64,000 bases of DNA. Origin: Eutreptiella sp. 'Long Island Sound 2002'. Lineage: Eukaryota > Protista > Euglenida. The position numbers and the translations under genes are program-made. The stretch covers positions 183,148,001 to 183,212,000 of the forward strand of contig OZ038378.1 in NCBI GenBank assembly GCA_964036045.1, written 5' to 3'. The notes under the pieces were generated by a model, which was not told the DNA's origin, did no database searches, and was given only the letters and a program-made list of their open reading frames with translations. Below are positions 12,617 through 26,515 of the stretch, piece by piece. Each line of letters opens with the position of its first letter. The stretch's first letter is position 1.

Positions 12617-13288
12617 GGGGAAATGTTTGCCCGGCACGCTACTTTTCTATTAACTATCCCGACTTCAGCCCCAGATTTACCCTCTCATGGAGAAGCCCCC
12701 CAAGTAGACCACGTTGCACTGCACACCTTCCCTACAAAGCACGTTGCATAATAAAGCAATATCTGTGAATTTAGCAACTCCAACTGTCATCTGTATTGTA
12801 CTTAACAAACAACATTGGTCCCACAAGGGTGGGTGTCAATACATTCAGTACAATAGTGCTCCTTACACTCATCACAAACTGCGACGGTGGAGCGCTTCTG
12901 GCAACATAACACACACACTTCTACCTTATCCTCTGCCTCATCTTGCATGCCACAACCGAGCAAACAGCTGCTCAATGCGTGCCCTATACCACCCGTGCAC
13001 GTCATTGTAACATTGTTGGCGGGATGTCAAAGTGCCATTCTTTCTTCCAATGAGAGGCAAAATGACATGAATCCGGCCTTTATAAGCACCATCATGGCCC
13101 CCAAATCAAAGAAATCACCTCGGGTACAAGAAGGTCCATACCCATCGCAAATCAAAACATCTGCTGATGTCCCGGGGGCTAAGGGGCAAATCTATATAAT
13201 GTTGCCCAACATATCACCAGCAACAGTCCACCGGTAGGGCACGGGTCACAAAAGATGCCCGGCGCGCGCGGTGCATTAACGTTCCCCC
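12617..13288 (-). mobile_element. Non-autonomous PIF/Harbinger element, copy 1 (672 bp)
   Basis: Imperfect TIRs GGGGAAATGTTTGC / AACGTTCCCCC. 3-bp TSD TAT (12614-16, 13289-91). Contains a DDE_Tnp_4-like fragment (WTVAGDMLGNII..ICPLAPGTSADVLI..DGYGP...YNDVHGWYRARIEQLFARLWH) and a C-terminal Cys/His finger. Confidence 0.85.
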
Positions 13289-15133
13289 TATAGGGTACTT
13301 TTCGCACCGCGCACGGTGCGCCCCCGATGAAAGGCGGCCCATACCTTGTTTGCTTGTCATGAGGACAAACAGTGTGGTTGGGACAACAGAGGAGCCATTT
13401 GGTGGTGTGTCCAATGAAACCAAAAGAAAGATCAGGCATCTGTCATTTTGTTGTGCCTGCTCAGCTGCAGGTTGAGGAGTGGGTGAAGTTGTGCCACACA
13501 CACCAGCAAGGCATTGTTGATAAATGGGATGCCAAGTGGGGGCGATGTGGTTGAAAAGGTTGCAGGTGGATGTGGTTCCCGAAGAGCACGGAGTGCCACA
13601 GCAGTGTACCATAGGAAAAAAAGATGAGGCATTGAGACGTTTATTTCTGTTTTGACGTGGGAGGGGGTAGGGGTCCCAGCTAAGCAATGGCCTAAACCCC
13701 ACACAGACCCAACCAGACTCCGAGACCGCAGCATGGTTGGCAGGTTTTGCACCCCGTTTGTGTGTACCATTTGGATGTGGATGCTTGGACATGTCCCATT
13801 GTCGTTGTTTGGTTGTTGCCTGCACGTCCCATGCAGTGTGTGGGACTAGAGGTCCTAAAATGTCCTTGCCATGACTGTGCCCCAAATGGCGTGCTAGGGT
13901 TTGCATACAGCTGATCTCAGTGGGGTAGCAGTATGGCCATAATGGTATAAGTGAGAGGGGGCCGACTTGCATGTGGGGCTAATGGAGGGGAAGAGTGCAA
14001 ATGGTGTAGTTTTGGTATCACGGCTCTCTTGTTGGCCACCATTCGCACCCTACACACAACTCAATCTTCCGCAGGTTTTCCCATCGGATGCTGGTGGTTC
14101 TTTGTTGTTTGGTGAGTTTGTTTGCTCCCAACAGCTTGTTCCTGCCACATCCTCCTGCCGTGGGGGAAACAATGGACGTGGGTGGTGCAGTATTGCACAC
14201 ACAATTGGAACACAATTTGAAACCAGCAGAGCAAAAAGGGGGTTCCGAATGTAGTGATGCACCTTTAGCACCTATGAGAACACTTTTTCAGGCCACGTTA
14301 GTCTGCTCAGGTCTGGAGACCCCAACATGGCAGAGGTTATTGAGCAGCGTCACTCCTCCCCACACCGCAGATCCTATTGGGGCTCTTTTCATGCATGACA
14401 GAAATGGGACTCTTTGTTTCTCTGTGAAATAGTCCAAAAAAGGTGCATGATGTGCCCCCCCCCCCCCCCCCCATGGGCGCAGGATGAGACATAGTGGTCC
14501 AGATTGGGGTTCGCACACCTTGCGCTAGACAAGCCTTTTGTGAACAGTGGTACCTTGGGTGTGGGAGCACATGAGTCATGGCCGGTGCACTTATTGCTTT
14601 GGTGCTCCTGTGCCTTCCCACCTCCAAGGAACAAGTGCGGTGAAATTTAGAAGTGTGCATGTTTGCGGTGGTTGTGCTTGCCACCAAGAATTGTGCATTG
14701 TGCCACAAATGGCCAAATGTGCCACAAATGCGTGCACTGCGCGCACACTGCGTGCTACTTTTAGACTATGTTCCCCCCGAAGAGCCCCTAGGCACGCCCC
14801 TTGGAAACACCCTTAGAATTAGGAGACCTTGAGGGGGACCTTCCTGGTTCTTGTGGCATGGTGAAGGACCAAGGGCCTTTGGGGGGGAACTTGACTGTGT
14901 GTTGGGCAGCGGAGATGGAGGGCAATCAAGTGGCGAGTCTGAACTTGGGATGGCAAAGGAGATGGACTCCATCTTGCATTGCCGATTCACCACTCTCAAC
15001 CCATCTTGGTAGTATTCCAAGTGGAGGAGTCCGTCTTCAGCCGTCCCAACCACCGTGGTACCCTCCCCCCCCCTTGTCGTTCCCCACCCCAGGGAAGACG
15101 GTCCCCCACCACCCCCTGGGGGATGGTCACCAA

Positions 15134-15913
15134 GGGGGAATGTTTGCCCGGCGCGCGCCCAGCGTGCTACTTTTAGACTATGTTCCCCCCGAAGAGCCCC
15201 CAAGCACACCCCTTGGAAACGCCCTTAGAATTAGGTGACCCAAACTGCCCCAGCTCAAGAAAGTTGCAAACTGGGGTACACGAGACCACTCTCGCTCCTT
15301 TAAGGGCGATCTTGGTCAACACCTTAGCAAGTTGGGAGAATGGGGGGTTAGGATAGCACAACTGCATCGATCTCCAGTAGAAGCGATAGGCGTTATTGAG
15401 GTATCGCGAACAGTAGAGCTGCATCATAACATTGGTCCCACAAGGGTGGGTGTCAATACATTCAGTACAATAGTGCTCCTTACACTCATCACAAACTGCG
15501 ACGGTGGAGCGTTTTGGCAAGACAACACACACACTTCTGCCTCATCCTCTGCCTCATCTTGCGTGCCACAACCGAGCAAACAGCTGCTCAATGTGTGTCC
15601 TATACCACCCGTGCACGTCATTGTAACATTGTTGGCGGGCTGTCAAAGCGCCATTCTTTCTTCCAATGAGAGGCAAAATGACATGAATCCGGCCTTTATA
15701 AGCACCATCATGGCCCCCAACTTCGAAATCAAAGAAATCACCTCGGGTATGAGAAGGTCCATACCCATCCCAAATCAAAACATCTGCTGATGTCCCGGGG
15801 GCCAAGGGGCAAATCCATATAATGTTGCCCAACATATCACCAGCAACAGTCCACCGGTAGGGCACGGGTCACAAAAGATGCCCGGCGCGCGCCCGGCGCG
15901 CTAACGTTCCCCC
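15134..15913 (-). mobile_element. Non-autonomous PIF/Harbinger element, copy 2 (780 bp)
   Basis: TIRs GGGGGAATGTTTGC / GCTAACGTTCCCCC. 3-bp TSD CAA (15131-33, 15914-16). ORF 15554..15865 has GHDGAY and RTHIEQLF (second D and the E of the DDE triad). Highly similar to copy 1. Confidence 0.88.
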
Positions 15914-18900
15914 CAAGTGACGGTCCCCCACCCCCCCCCTGGGGGACCACACCCCATGTGCAGGGCGGGGCGGAGAGGGAGCACGTGGCAGTGAGAGGCG
16001 CCGAACAGACGCACGGTCATGCAAGACGGTCTTGCCATCACGGTCATAAGTGATTCGGCGATATGCATCACACGTGCTCTGAATGTCCAACGACCTGCGC
16101 CAAAACAGGTTCCCCCATGGAGCGGATGAACATCACACTTGTCCTAGGGGGAAACATGGTTGTGCTATCAAGTTCCATTTCAGCGAAAGTGAGCAAAATG
16201 TCCTGCCATGAGTGCAAGGGATGCAAGTGGTAGTGCCCCACAACACAGTCACACAACAACAACACAATGAGCCGCAACGAAAAATTTTGGGTTGACCAAG
16301 TGACGCCCCCCCCCCCCCCCCCCGGGAACGACAAGGGGTGGGGAACGACAAGGGGGGGGGGTCAGGAGGTCGCAGGCCATTGGAGCGGGTGTAGAACACC
16401 CTATACCCAATACTGAGATCCATGGAGAAAATGGGCCTGAGAAATGAGGAGGGAAGTATGATGTCCTGTAGCAGGCACCCTCAAAGTGTATCACCATATC
16501 AATCAACTGAGAAAAGGGGGGGGGGGGTAGATGTGGTGGAAATGGGCAAAAAATGTGTGCAAAAAAGTAGAAATGGGTGAAACAGGGTGAACATCCAAAA
16601 ATGCCAGATCCCCAATGCATCAAAACCTACTACCCCCCGCCCCCCTTGCAAACTCCCGGGTTAGCGCGCGACGGTCTCCCGGGTGGGGGGGGGAGACGGT
16701 CGCCAAGTGACGGTCTCCCGGGGAGGGGGGGGAGATTGCAAGGGTATTTCAAGGCAAACTGTGGTACCCTCCACCGATGCAAAGCAAAGAGAACACGTGT
16801 GAAGCGACTTTCGCATTGATGCAGTGCCAATGTGTTTCATCCACCACTAATGTTATTGAGGATCCAAAGGAACGGTGAAGAACTTCTGGGTACGAGAATA
16901 CCACACTTTGAACTGTTGCACATGCTCAGTTTGCATGACAGGCATGACCGTACATGGTCACCGGGAGAAAACATCTTGGGTCTGAAGTAGCAACACAACA
17001 CACCCATACAACGCCTTTGGAGAGAGAATATCACAGAACACACACAGGTGCTTGATTTGTAGTAATGGGAAAGCAATGCAAGGCCATGCGTAAAGCAGAT
17101 GGGCAACACAAACCAGCACAATACATGTTAACTAGAAAAACATGCAAGTGACGGTCTCCCGGGTGGGGGGGGGAGATTGCAAGGGGGGGGAGTTTGCAAG
17201 GGGGGGGGAGGGTACCAAACAATAATGATGCCCAAAGTACCACAAAGTATGGGTTTCTACTACGGCCAGACACCCAAATAGTTGCACTGCACGCGCATTG
17301 CGCTTAAGGCGCCCCCATACATCCCAAGCAATACATTTCGACCCACCTTGCGTCACACACTTGGCTTGATAAAGCTCCAACCACGAATGTTGGTGACATT
17401 GAAATGTACCCTACGAGTATCTCTTCCGCTCTTCACAGCGGAGCATTCACACAAAAAGAAATGGCACACTGAGCCAATTTCACAGTAGCTTGGGACGCTG
17501 GCATTCAATCATATTTCAATGCATGTGTTTACAAACTTGTTGCTGGACCTTGCCCTTAGCCTGAAAATGTGGGGGGGGGGGGGAATCAAAGGCTTCTTTT
17601 TTCAAAACTCTCCCTTGTCGTGCTGATTCCAAAATATCACTGTCAAATCCACACAGCATGATTGAGTGTCATGCATGTGTAACATCCCCTCTCCCCACTT
17701 GTACAGAGATGGGCACAATGCTGGGCTGAATCCCAAAAAGGTGGTCCCACCTGGTCCCCATCGGTTGAGGACCAATAAACAGGTTTGAAGATTCCAGCAT
17801 TCCTGCCTTGGGTTGTGACAGCCAACAACACAGCCCACAATTTCAGGTGCATGATGCCCGAACACACTTGGCAATGGCTGAAATGCGCAGTCCACCAGTG
17901 TCACCAGTGAAGAAGCGGCAGTATGAATGATGCGCTGGCAGACTACATTGTCTACCACTTGAAATCCGAATGCCTAAATGTCAGGTGCTTGTTGGCACAC
18001 AGTGCCTCATGTTTCGGCACCAATCCCCCCAATCGCGCAATAGTCGGCTGGGCGTACCGGATCCGCCACACCCAAGGGAACCTCTGAGGGATATTCAACA
18101 GAGCACAGTACACATGATGATGATCACAAAACAAAGGCATCGCATGCACCAGAAGACGATCAAATGATATGTTTCTACAGCTGTCCTAGTCTTGAGAAAA
18201 CAGGCACAGTGTGCCAATTTTTCTGGCAAGAATACTTCACTTTGAACAGCCAACCCTGCTCAGCAGGGGCAACATGGGCTCACCAGCCACTGGTTTAGCT
18301 TACTCTAGCGGCACTCTTGACAGGAGGCTTGGCAGCACGCTTGGCTGCATGTTTGGCATGGGGAAATGATGGGAAATACAACTTCCCATCAAAACTCTTT
18401 GCCAAACCAGCTTACTGTCTAGGTCACTGTGACTGTGACTGTCACTTTCCGCACCACCAGGAGGGCTATTATCTACTGAGGTCAACGAACCCATTTCAGA
18501 ATGGATGTCATCGGAACTACCACGAGGTTACCATGAGAAACACAAGACTACCTGAAAACACACCAACAAGTCAAGGTACTGCCCCCCCCCGCCGCCGCCT
18601 CCCCCCAAGGGATGCGCGATCCTTTGAGCTCCATCCTTAGACAGCCGCTCAGAGGAAAGGCTGACAACAGCAGAGCGCGCGCGCACACACAGGGGTGTGA
18701 CCAGAAGAACTACAGGCTTTTGTGAGATTGGGGGGGGGGGGGTGCGTACAGAGGAAGCACTTGTCAGGAACAGATGGAAACACAAATACCAGCTCTCTGG
18801 GAGGTGACCATCTTGTGCTTTGGAGTGAAAAAAAATTGCATGCAATGTCCCATCTATTGACACTCGAACCTCGATGAAAGGGAGTGGCATCCAGCGTGCG

Positions 18901-20564
18901 TACATGATGTGAACACTTCAATGAATCCCAAGCACCAGGCTTTTGAATAGCGGAATTCCCCCAATTCGTGTTGCATGGTGCAATGCAATCAAGCACAGGT
19001 TGTCCGTATCAATGGTTGAAACTGCAACAGCTGGTTGCACTTGAACCCGGTCCCACATATCCCACATCTTGAACGCCTTGCACAGGAAAAAAATGATCTT
19101 TCAAATAGATCTGCCGTATGAATGCATTCCACCAAGCGTGAAAGAATGCGGATGTGCCTATCGTGCACCACTTAACATGCAATGAACTCTCGTAAAGTGT
19201 CGCGTGTACGGTATGTTTTGTCGAGATCAACGCAGCGCCTGGTGAATTGTACAGCGTGTCAGGATTCACGCATTGCTTACTACACAGGGGAAGGAGGCTC
19301 CAGGGTTGCATCGCTTGAAACCGCCGAAGCAGGACGTGTATGTGTGTAGCAGCTGACGGCCATGCCCTGGGACGTCCCTGAGGATGATCATTGCTGAGAT
19401 TAGAAATACACATATGAACAGATATAATTGTGGGCAGAGTTAAGGCGCCATAATGGCTCCCAGCATCACCCACCCACTGACAAACCCACCCACCCATCAA
19501 TCCAACAGGCTGTGCAGAGGGACAGAACTTTTAAATCCACCCGCACTGACTGTGTTAAACCATGACAGCCCATGCCATGTTTATCAGCGACCATCGCACG
19601 GGCCTCATGACCGACACAAAACACATGCACGCATACCCATCCATGTAGGACCCACGCGGATGGGATGCGTCTGTAAGCACATGCCAATCAACATGTCTTT
19701 TGAATTCATCAGGAGTTGAAACGCATCAAATGGCCAGGAATGGATGCTAGAGATGCACCATGCACATGAGGGACCCGGCAAATTTGACTGTGTTGGAATC
19801 AGCCCCTTTGCCCGTTTGGTGTGCCAGATCATTGTGGAGAAGATGCATTTCCGTCCATATACTGATGCACGGGAGCGTACGTCCTAATACCTCACCACAA
19901 AAATTCAAACCGATTTGGCTTACAGCCACCCCTGCCGATCACTTCCCGTTCAAACTGGCAGCCCAGAATAGGACAGTGAAAAGGAACCTGGCCGGCGCCT
20001 TCGCTCAGACGTCAAAGCATTTGTGATGTATCCCACCAAATCATGATGCATTGAAAGAACCATCGAATGCTGCGGAATGCAGTATACAATACGGAAAAGA
20101 GACTGCAAAGATATGGATACATGGTTGCAGACTGCAAAAATATGCACACGCCGCCACGGCTTGTGCACAGTACTATGGATGCCCACTCTGCTGAGTGTAC
20201 CATAATCTGTCTTTTGAAGTGCTCCCCAACCCAATTTGGCTTGGGGAACCAAAGGACACTGATCCCCAGTCGGCCACCGAAACCCACCTGGTGGGTCCTC
20301 ACTCGCAGCCGTCTACCCTTGTGGTATCTAGCGACGTGGGGCCGCCGCAGTGCACAGTGGCAGCAGTCTCAGGATCATCTGTCGCGGGGAATACCCCAGC
20401 AAGTGTGCATGCCTGCATTGTACAGGAACAGCGTAGAGGCAATCTGTGTCCGCAAAAAGTGCAGTCGTCATCAATTCCATCCCCAGAATCGGGACACAGG
20501 GGGGCGAGTGGTAAAATGCGGAGGGGGCACAGGAAGCAAAGAATCGTGAGAGATAGGGAGAGAG

Positions 20565-20568
<4 letters not shown>

Positions 20569-20616
<48 letters not shown>
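20569..20616. repeat. (GA)n microsatellite, about 24 units
   Basis: Uninterrupted GA dinucleotide run. Confidence 0.95.
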
Positions 20617-20617
<1 letters not shown>

Positions 20618-23600
20618 GGGGGGGGACGAATTTGCACTGCGTGGGCACTGCATGCACTGCTGAAACCCATGTTGCTTGCCTATGAAAGCCATGAGCTCCC
20701 AAGAACGCAAAAAAAAATGCACCAAACACAATTCATCATTGCCATCGTCTACCCCGGAGGCATCGTCACCTGCCCAAAACCCATGACTCCCCCCCCCCGG
20801 CAAGAAAGTGAGGCTTGAAACAGGGTCGCAGCACTTGCGGTAGTATGAAATTGCTGCACTGCAAGCAAAGGAGTCTCAAGAGAGGCTGAGCGAATGAGAG
20901 CGAAAGAGTGCGCGAACAAATGGTTGTGACTGGTCATTCTAAAAGGTTATCAATCAAAGGGACGGCGTGAAAAGAAGGCGGGCCTCAGGTATCGTGTGTA
21001 AGCAACAGAAAGAACCCTCAAGCAAGCATCGGATGATGTGATTCATGACCACAAGATGCACAAAAAACTTGTTTTGGGTTCCCAAAAAATACCCGATAGG
21101 AATGCAATGCGATGCACACGTCAAATTGTTTGGCATCGGGGCTGAACGTAGGGGGAGAAACGAGATCCGCGGGTCTTTGTGCACGATGCACTACTCGTTT
21201 CTCAGGTAGGCACAGCAAAAACTGGGCTTGCATGATACATTCGTCATCCAAACCGAAAAAACGTTGAATACGCGCTTGATGCATGGGGCTGGATGTTTGA
21301 ACCTGACTGGAGACACCGTTCGGGACGTCTGGGATACACTCCATCAGGACACCTGGTTTGTGACGACGGAGAGGGGCAATTGGTGCACAACGCGCCCATT
21401 CAAGCTTTACCTTCCGCAAATCCCCCTGACGCTGCAATACAAAACTCTGCGCAATCCACCCACGTGTCCCTTCTGCATGTGTGATGCGGCCCAAACGCAC
21501 AGTGTGGCAATGCAGGCAAGGCAATGCACGGCACACACGATGTGCACGGCTGGGAGGTGGCAATAAAAGAGCGCCACAGGGTTCACAGAGCTCCCCAAAT
21601 GACGAAAAAGGCCGGGCCATCCATACGAAGGCACCGCCACATCTCGGGGTCAATCCGGCAATGTCCATGATGACAGACCTGGCCAGGGTTAGAGCAAACA
21701 CAGCAAACAAGAAGCCGGGCCCCCGCCAAACATGGTCATAACTCAGAGAACGATGAAGCATCCGTCCGTCAACGGTGCGCTCTAAATCAAAAACACTACG
21801 AGGCAGGAAAATGAGCAGGGCATGCATGCCATCTGGCTTCCCAGGGTTACCATGGGTCTCAGTAGATAGAGGCCAGAGAGGAGGACGCGATGGTGGGGCT
21901 GAATCTCTTTAGCATGAACCAAAAATACTGCTCAAATTACGGGTGACTGGATCTGACCTCACCAGCCTGACAGCTCCCTAATATCTAGGCTTTACGGATA
22001 GGCTCTGACATGTGGGTTAGGGGTAGAGTTAAAACAATATGTCAGTCGACTCTAGAAATGCACTTGTGGTTCTGTGATGCTGCATTCGTTGTCAGAATTT
22101 GTGCATTCACGTGCGCTCTGTTGAGGTGGTCCCTCTAGAAACAGGCTCCGCGGGTGCGTTGGTTGTACACCCGCGCTCCAGCAAAGTAGGTCAACACTCA
22201 GGGCACGCCAGGAAATGGCAACCTCCTTCTTTCCTCGCTAGACAGGCCTGAATGTCAGCATCACCGCCCTCCCCTCAGCCCTGAGGGAGCAAAAGAATCG
22301 TGCTCTCCGTATTTCCATGCTCGATACCCCACTCACCCCACACCAATCCCAAGGCACGGGAGGGGCTGAAGCGGAGGTGCGCCATCAAGGCTGCAGGAGT
22401 ATGCCGGTAGACACTTCCGGGCGTACGTACGTGTTCCCCTTTTGAGGAGGGAATCCTCCACTCATGGATGGGTGGGTGTCCACCCATTGGGTTGGGGGTG
22501 TAAGGGGGCGGGTTCAAAAAAACTGCGAGAGGTGGGGAGCCTGTTGGGCTACCTAAAAGGCGGGGGGGATTTTTTTTCTGTGTCAGAGGGGGACTGAAGG
22601 GAACAGCTGAAGGGAGGGGGGGGCTCTGTGACCCTTCGTGGCAACTGCTTCGCACAGTAGAGGCAACACAACGCATCCAACGCCCCCACCACCAAAAAAA
22701 AAAAGGTCAGGGAAAGAGAGATGAATGCCCCTCTCCCACACACGCCGGAACGCTTGGCTGCTGGCGTAAACGGAGCAGGCAACCCAACAACAACAACAAC
22801 GGGTGACCCTGCTCCGGCCTAAAGCCGTGCACTGAACCAGACACCGCCCACAGTTCGGCCTCGTGCAACGGCCGAATGGCAGGACGAAGACGTGATGCTG
22901 GAGGCGGAAGTGCTGAGCAGGGCTGTCCTCAATGCCGGAGGAAAGCCCCTCGGGCCTCCCGTATGCCAGGACCCGAGCACCGGCCGATCGGTAACTGCTG
23001 TCAGTTACCCGCCAACGGGCTTCGGTTAACCAGCTGACGTCCCTTGAGCGCCAACCGCCGTCCGGTACCAATCAACCGCCGTTAGTTGGCCGCAGTGGTA
23101 CCACCCGAAATCTCAGGCCGTCCGTGATAAAACACCAGCGAATGAAAATCTCAGTGCTGCTTGCAGCGGCTCTTGGCACGGGCCCAGGACACCCAACTGC
23201 AACAAGGAGAATCGATTGCCCCCCCCCCCCCCCGTTCCACTCAAGAGCCCATGTGAAGTGCCGTCCAGGGCGGCGGTTGACTCAGTGGCGGGTGTTCTTT
23301 TGGACGGTTGGGGCAGAAGAGCGACAGCACGATGCGTACAGGGATTACGTTGGGGTGCTGATGCACCAGTGGAATGTGGCAACTAGACATTACTCCCATT
23401 CGTGGATGGAGGGAGCACTGGGTACGTGGTGCTCCCCAACGAAGCTGGCAAACCGTGAGAAACTGGCCGGAAGTTCTGCACAACCGTGACACCAATCACG
23501 GAACGTGACATCTGCCGAACGCCGACGGGCGATAACCCGGTAATTGTAACGTTCCAAAACAAAAACGCTGCGACTGATGGGCCACTTATTGCGGAGTTTG

Positions 23601-26515
23601 GCTTCCCATGGAGATTATCATATGCTGTTCCGTGATGCTGCGAAGCAGCAGTGGACAATCGATGCAATCGTGCAGTGACCCAGCGGCACCTTGTTTTCAG
23701 GACATGTATCTGAAGGCCAAACCAAAGCAATCGTCCATTCGCAGGGTGGCGGCTGGATTCGCAAGGGCCCGTCGGGCGTGAACCAAATATTCAAACCGTA
23801 GCTGGCCCCTTGATGCCCAGGCTACTTTCTCCAGGGATCATCATTGGCACCGTTGGTACTGCTCGGGGTGTTTGCGGGCTGCGGGTAGTGCCCTGCACTG
23901 TCACTCATGGCCAGTGGGTCCCGCACTTCTGCGGCGCTGAGGTCCTGAACAAAGGTGGAAGCAGTCGACGCAACAACCACGACTCGGCTGTGCGGGAGGC
24001 ACCCAGCATCTGTTGCTGTGCGGGAGCAGAGGTGTGGCTGTCAGACCCGCGGAAGAATCTCTGTGCAGGTGCTTAGCGTGGGATGTCGCGGTCCAAAACC
24101 TTCCTATTGCCACGTTGCACACCACAGTCTCTGCGCCTTCTACCACCCCAACAGTCACGACCAGATAGTCTCTTTGCTGGTGCTTGCGTCCCACACAGGG
24201 GGGCCTGCGCGTGGATGGGCTGACCCCCAGTTCCTAAAGGGCCATAGTACGGACGCGTAGCGCACACACTACCGGTGTGCTTGGGGGGGGGGGGGGGGGC
24301 TGGAAGGTTCATTCTTCGGTGCCCCATTTGCACTGGTTGCCTTAAAAAGAGGGCTGCAGAGGACACGCTGTTGCAGCCACGTCCCGCAAGCACGCCGCCT
24401 GAACCATGCGGGCACGGCGCCTGGTTTGAACCCGAGACCACGGGGAGGGTTTGGGGTGAATTGGCCAGCCTAAGTAAATGTGGTGTCGCGAGAGTGCAAG
24501 AGATTCGAGGGTCGACCTCAGAGTGCGGACCAAACTGGATGCGGCAGGACGTGGGGGCCGATGCAGCAGCCCGCACGCGTGTGTAGATGGATCCGTGTGC
24601 ATTTTTTTGGGGGGCGGGTGTGTTCATTAAAGGGGGAGTAGTGGTATTGAGGGGTATTAATTTGCAAGGGTTGGAGAGAGGGCTTTGGGGCTAACTCTCG
24701 AGACCATCGCCGGCCTTCCGAACTTTCCGCCGGGGAGCGTGCCCTGCGGTCTCTGCGAAGCCGGCAGTGGCCCGCCCGGGAGTTCTGGTATCGGTGTTCC
24801 CGACCCTGAGCCCTGAGCAGGTGCACGAGGAAAGCCGTAGTACTGCACGTTGCGCATTGAAACTGTTTGGAGGGAGGGAGAGGGGGGCACGCCCTGTGCG
24901 CTTGTCGTCCTTGCTGCTATGCTAAGCGCTGCTGTCTGAGTGATTGTACGAACACGTGTCCCGTGTCCTGACGCACACGACGCTGTGTCCCACCACGTGC
25001 CGGCGGGGCTGTCCGCGTCCCTCGTGGATGCCGCAGCCTCCCGTGCCATCAGGTGGCACCGAGCAAGAAGATGGACATCTTCCGGCCCGCTCCGTCGCAC
25101 ACTCTTTCAGCACAGCCGCTGATGCGCCCTCCCACACTGCCACCGAGCAGTAGCTTCGCACCCAGCCGCGAGTCAGTTAACCTTTACTGGGCCATGCACA
25201 GCTAACCCAATTGAGGTATATTCAGGAGATTCAAAACCCGACTTTTGCCCAGACTGCGCCCAGACTGTGCCCACACCAAGCCCCAACTGTCCCCAAAACT
25301 CCGAACGCCAAAATACCTTCAAATTTGGCATGCGATTCTGATTGTACTGCTGGTATCCAACATAGGCCGCACCACAACAGCAGAGGCAAAATAGCGCGGA
25401 ACCTGTGCAACCGAGTGCGTCGACGGGTGAACAACCCCAGACGCAATGCAGGAAGGACGAAAAGGAGCACGGAAAAAAGGATTTATCGCGGTTTGCTGCT
25501 TCCGAAAGTTGGGGAGTTTTCACGCATGCTCTTGGATCCTAGAAAGTCGAGGGCACCTCCAAATGCATACAGTCCAGCGAGGCAGGCAGTGGGGCAGCAC
25601 GGCGGGCAGGCAGCAAGAGCCGTGAAGTGTTACCCGGAGGTCGGAAAATGGTCAAATGATGTGACTCAATGATAGCAAGGCAATCACAAATGGGGCTACA
25701 GAGCAAGGAGCAAAGAAGGTGGTCGGAGGCAGTCTCTGGTACTCCTCAGCACCCACCCTCCCGCCCACCGCAGGGGGGGGGGGGGTATGGGGCGCACGGC
25801 ATGGCCGGCTTCGTCTGCATAACAGCACGGCAGGCCGTTGTGCTCGGGTTCCAGCGTGCATGAACTCAAATCAGTTGCGGGCGCCAACCATTCCCCGTAT
25901 GCCGAGCAACCTCATCCTCCTCGACAATAAATACCTAATGCCACCAATAGCCACACCCACCAGTCAGTCGAATCGGAGGTATCACATCGGATCTGCAAAT
26001 CAGAAGCACACGCGAGAACCGAATGTGCTTTGCTTTGGTGACGTAAAGAGACTCAAGGGCAAATGGTGAAGAGTCATTTTTCTCCGGATTCCCAGCACAT
26101 CCCCTCCTAACCGTCTAATGACAAATCATAATCGCTGCTTTTGAGACTCCCACCATGCGTTGGAAGGGCAACACATGGCTACAATCGTTTGGAGTCGCAT
26201 CTAAAAAATCCACCCATGTATAATCCAGAGAACAAACATGACAAAAACAAACAATTTTGGTGGATTTTGGAGGCTTCTGTGCTCGACTTGGTTGGCAACC
26301 TTGACCGCAGGTACTCCCGTGAAAACTTTGAGGCAAGATCAAAAACGCGAACCCGCTCAACGCCGGGGCATGTGTAGTTGCTGTTCTTTCTCCATTTTCT
26401 CCAAAGGCAAAAGGAGTCCACCAACAGTTTGGGGGTCTCGACACGAATTCTACAGATCGGGGGAGGTGCAAAGGCATCGAGACCATACACGACCCGTACA
26501 CGAGCCATACACAAC

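Noticed and set aside
12010-12768. 252-aa plus-strand ORF
   Set aside because: Antisense shadow of the RT that crosses the LINE/TSD/Harbinger junctions, so it cannot be an old gene.
21018-21827. 269-aa minus-strand ORF
   Set aside because: No motif. The plus strand holds stop-broken, retroelement-like fragments (e.g. TCPFCMC), too decayed to classify.
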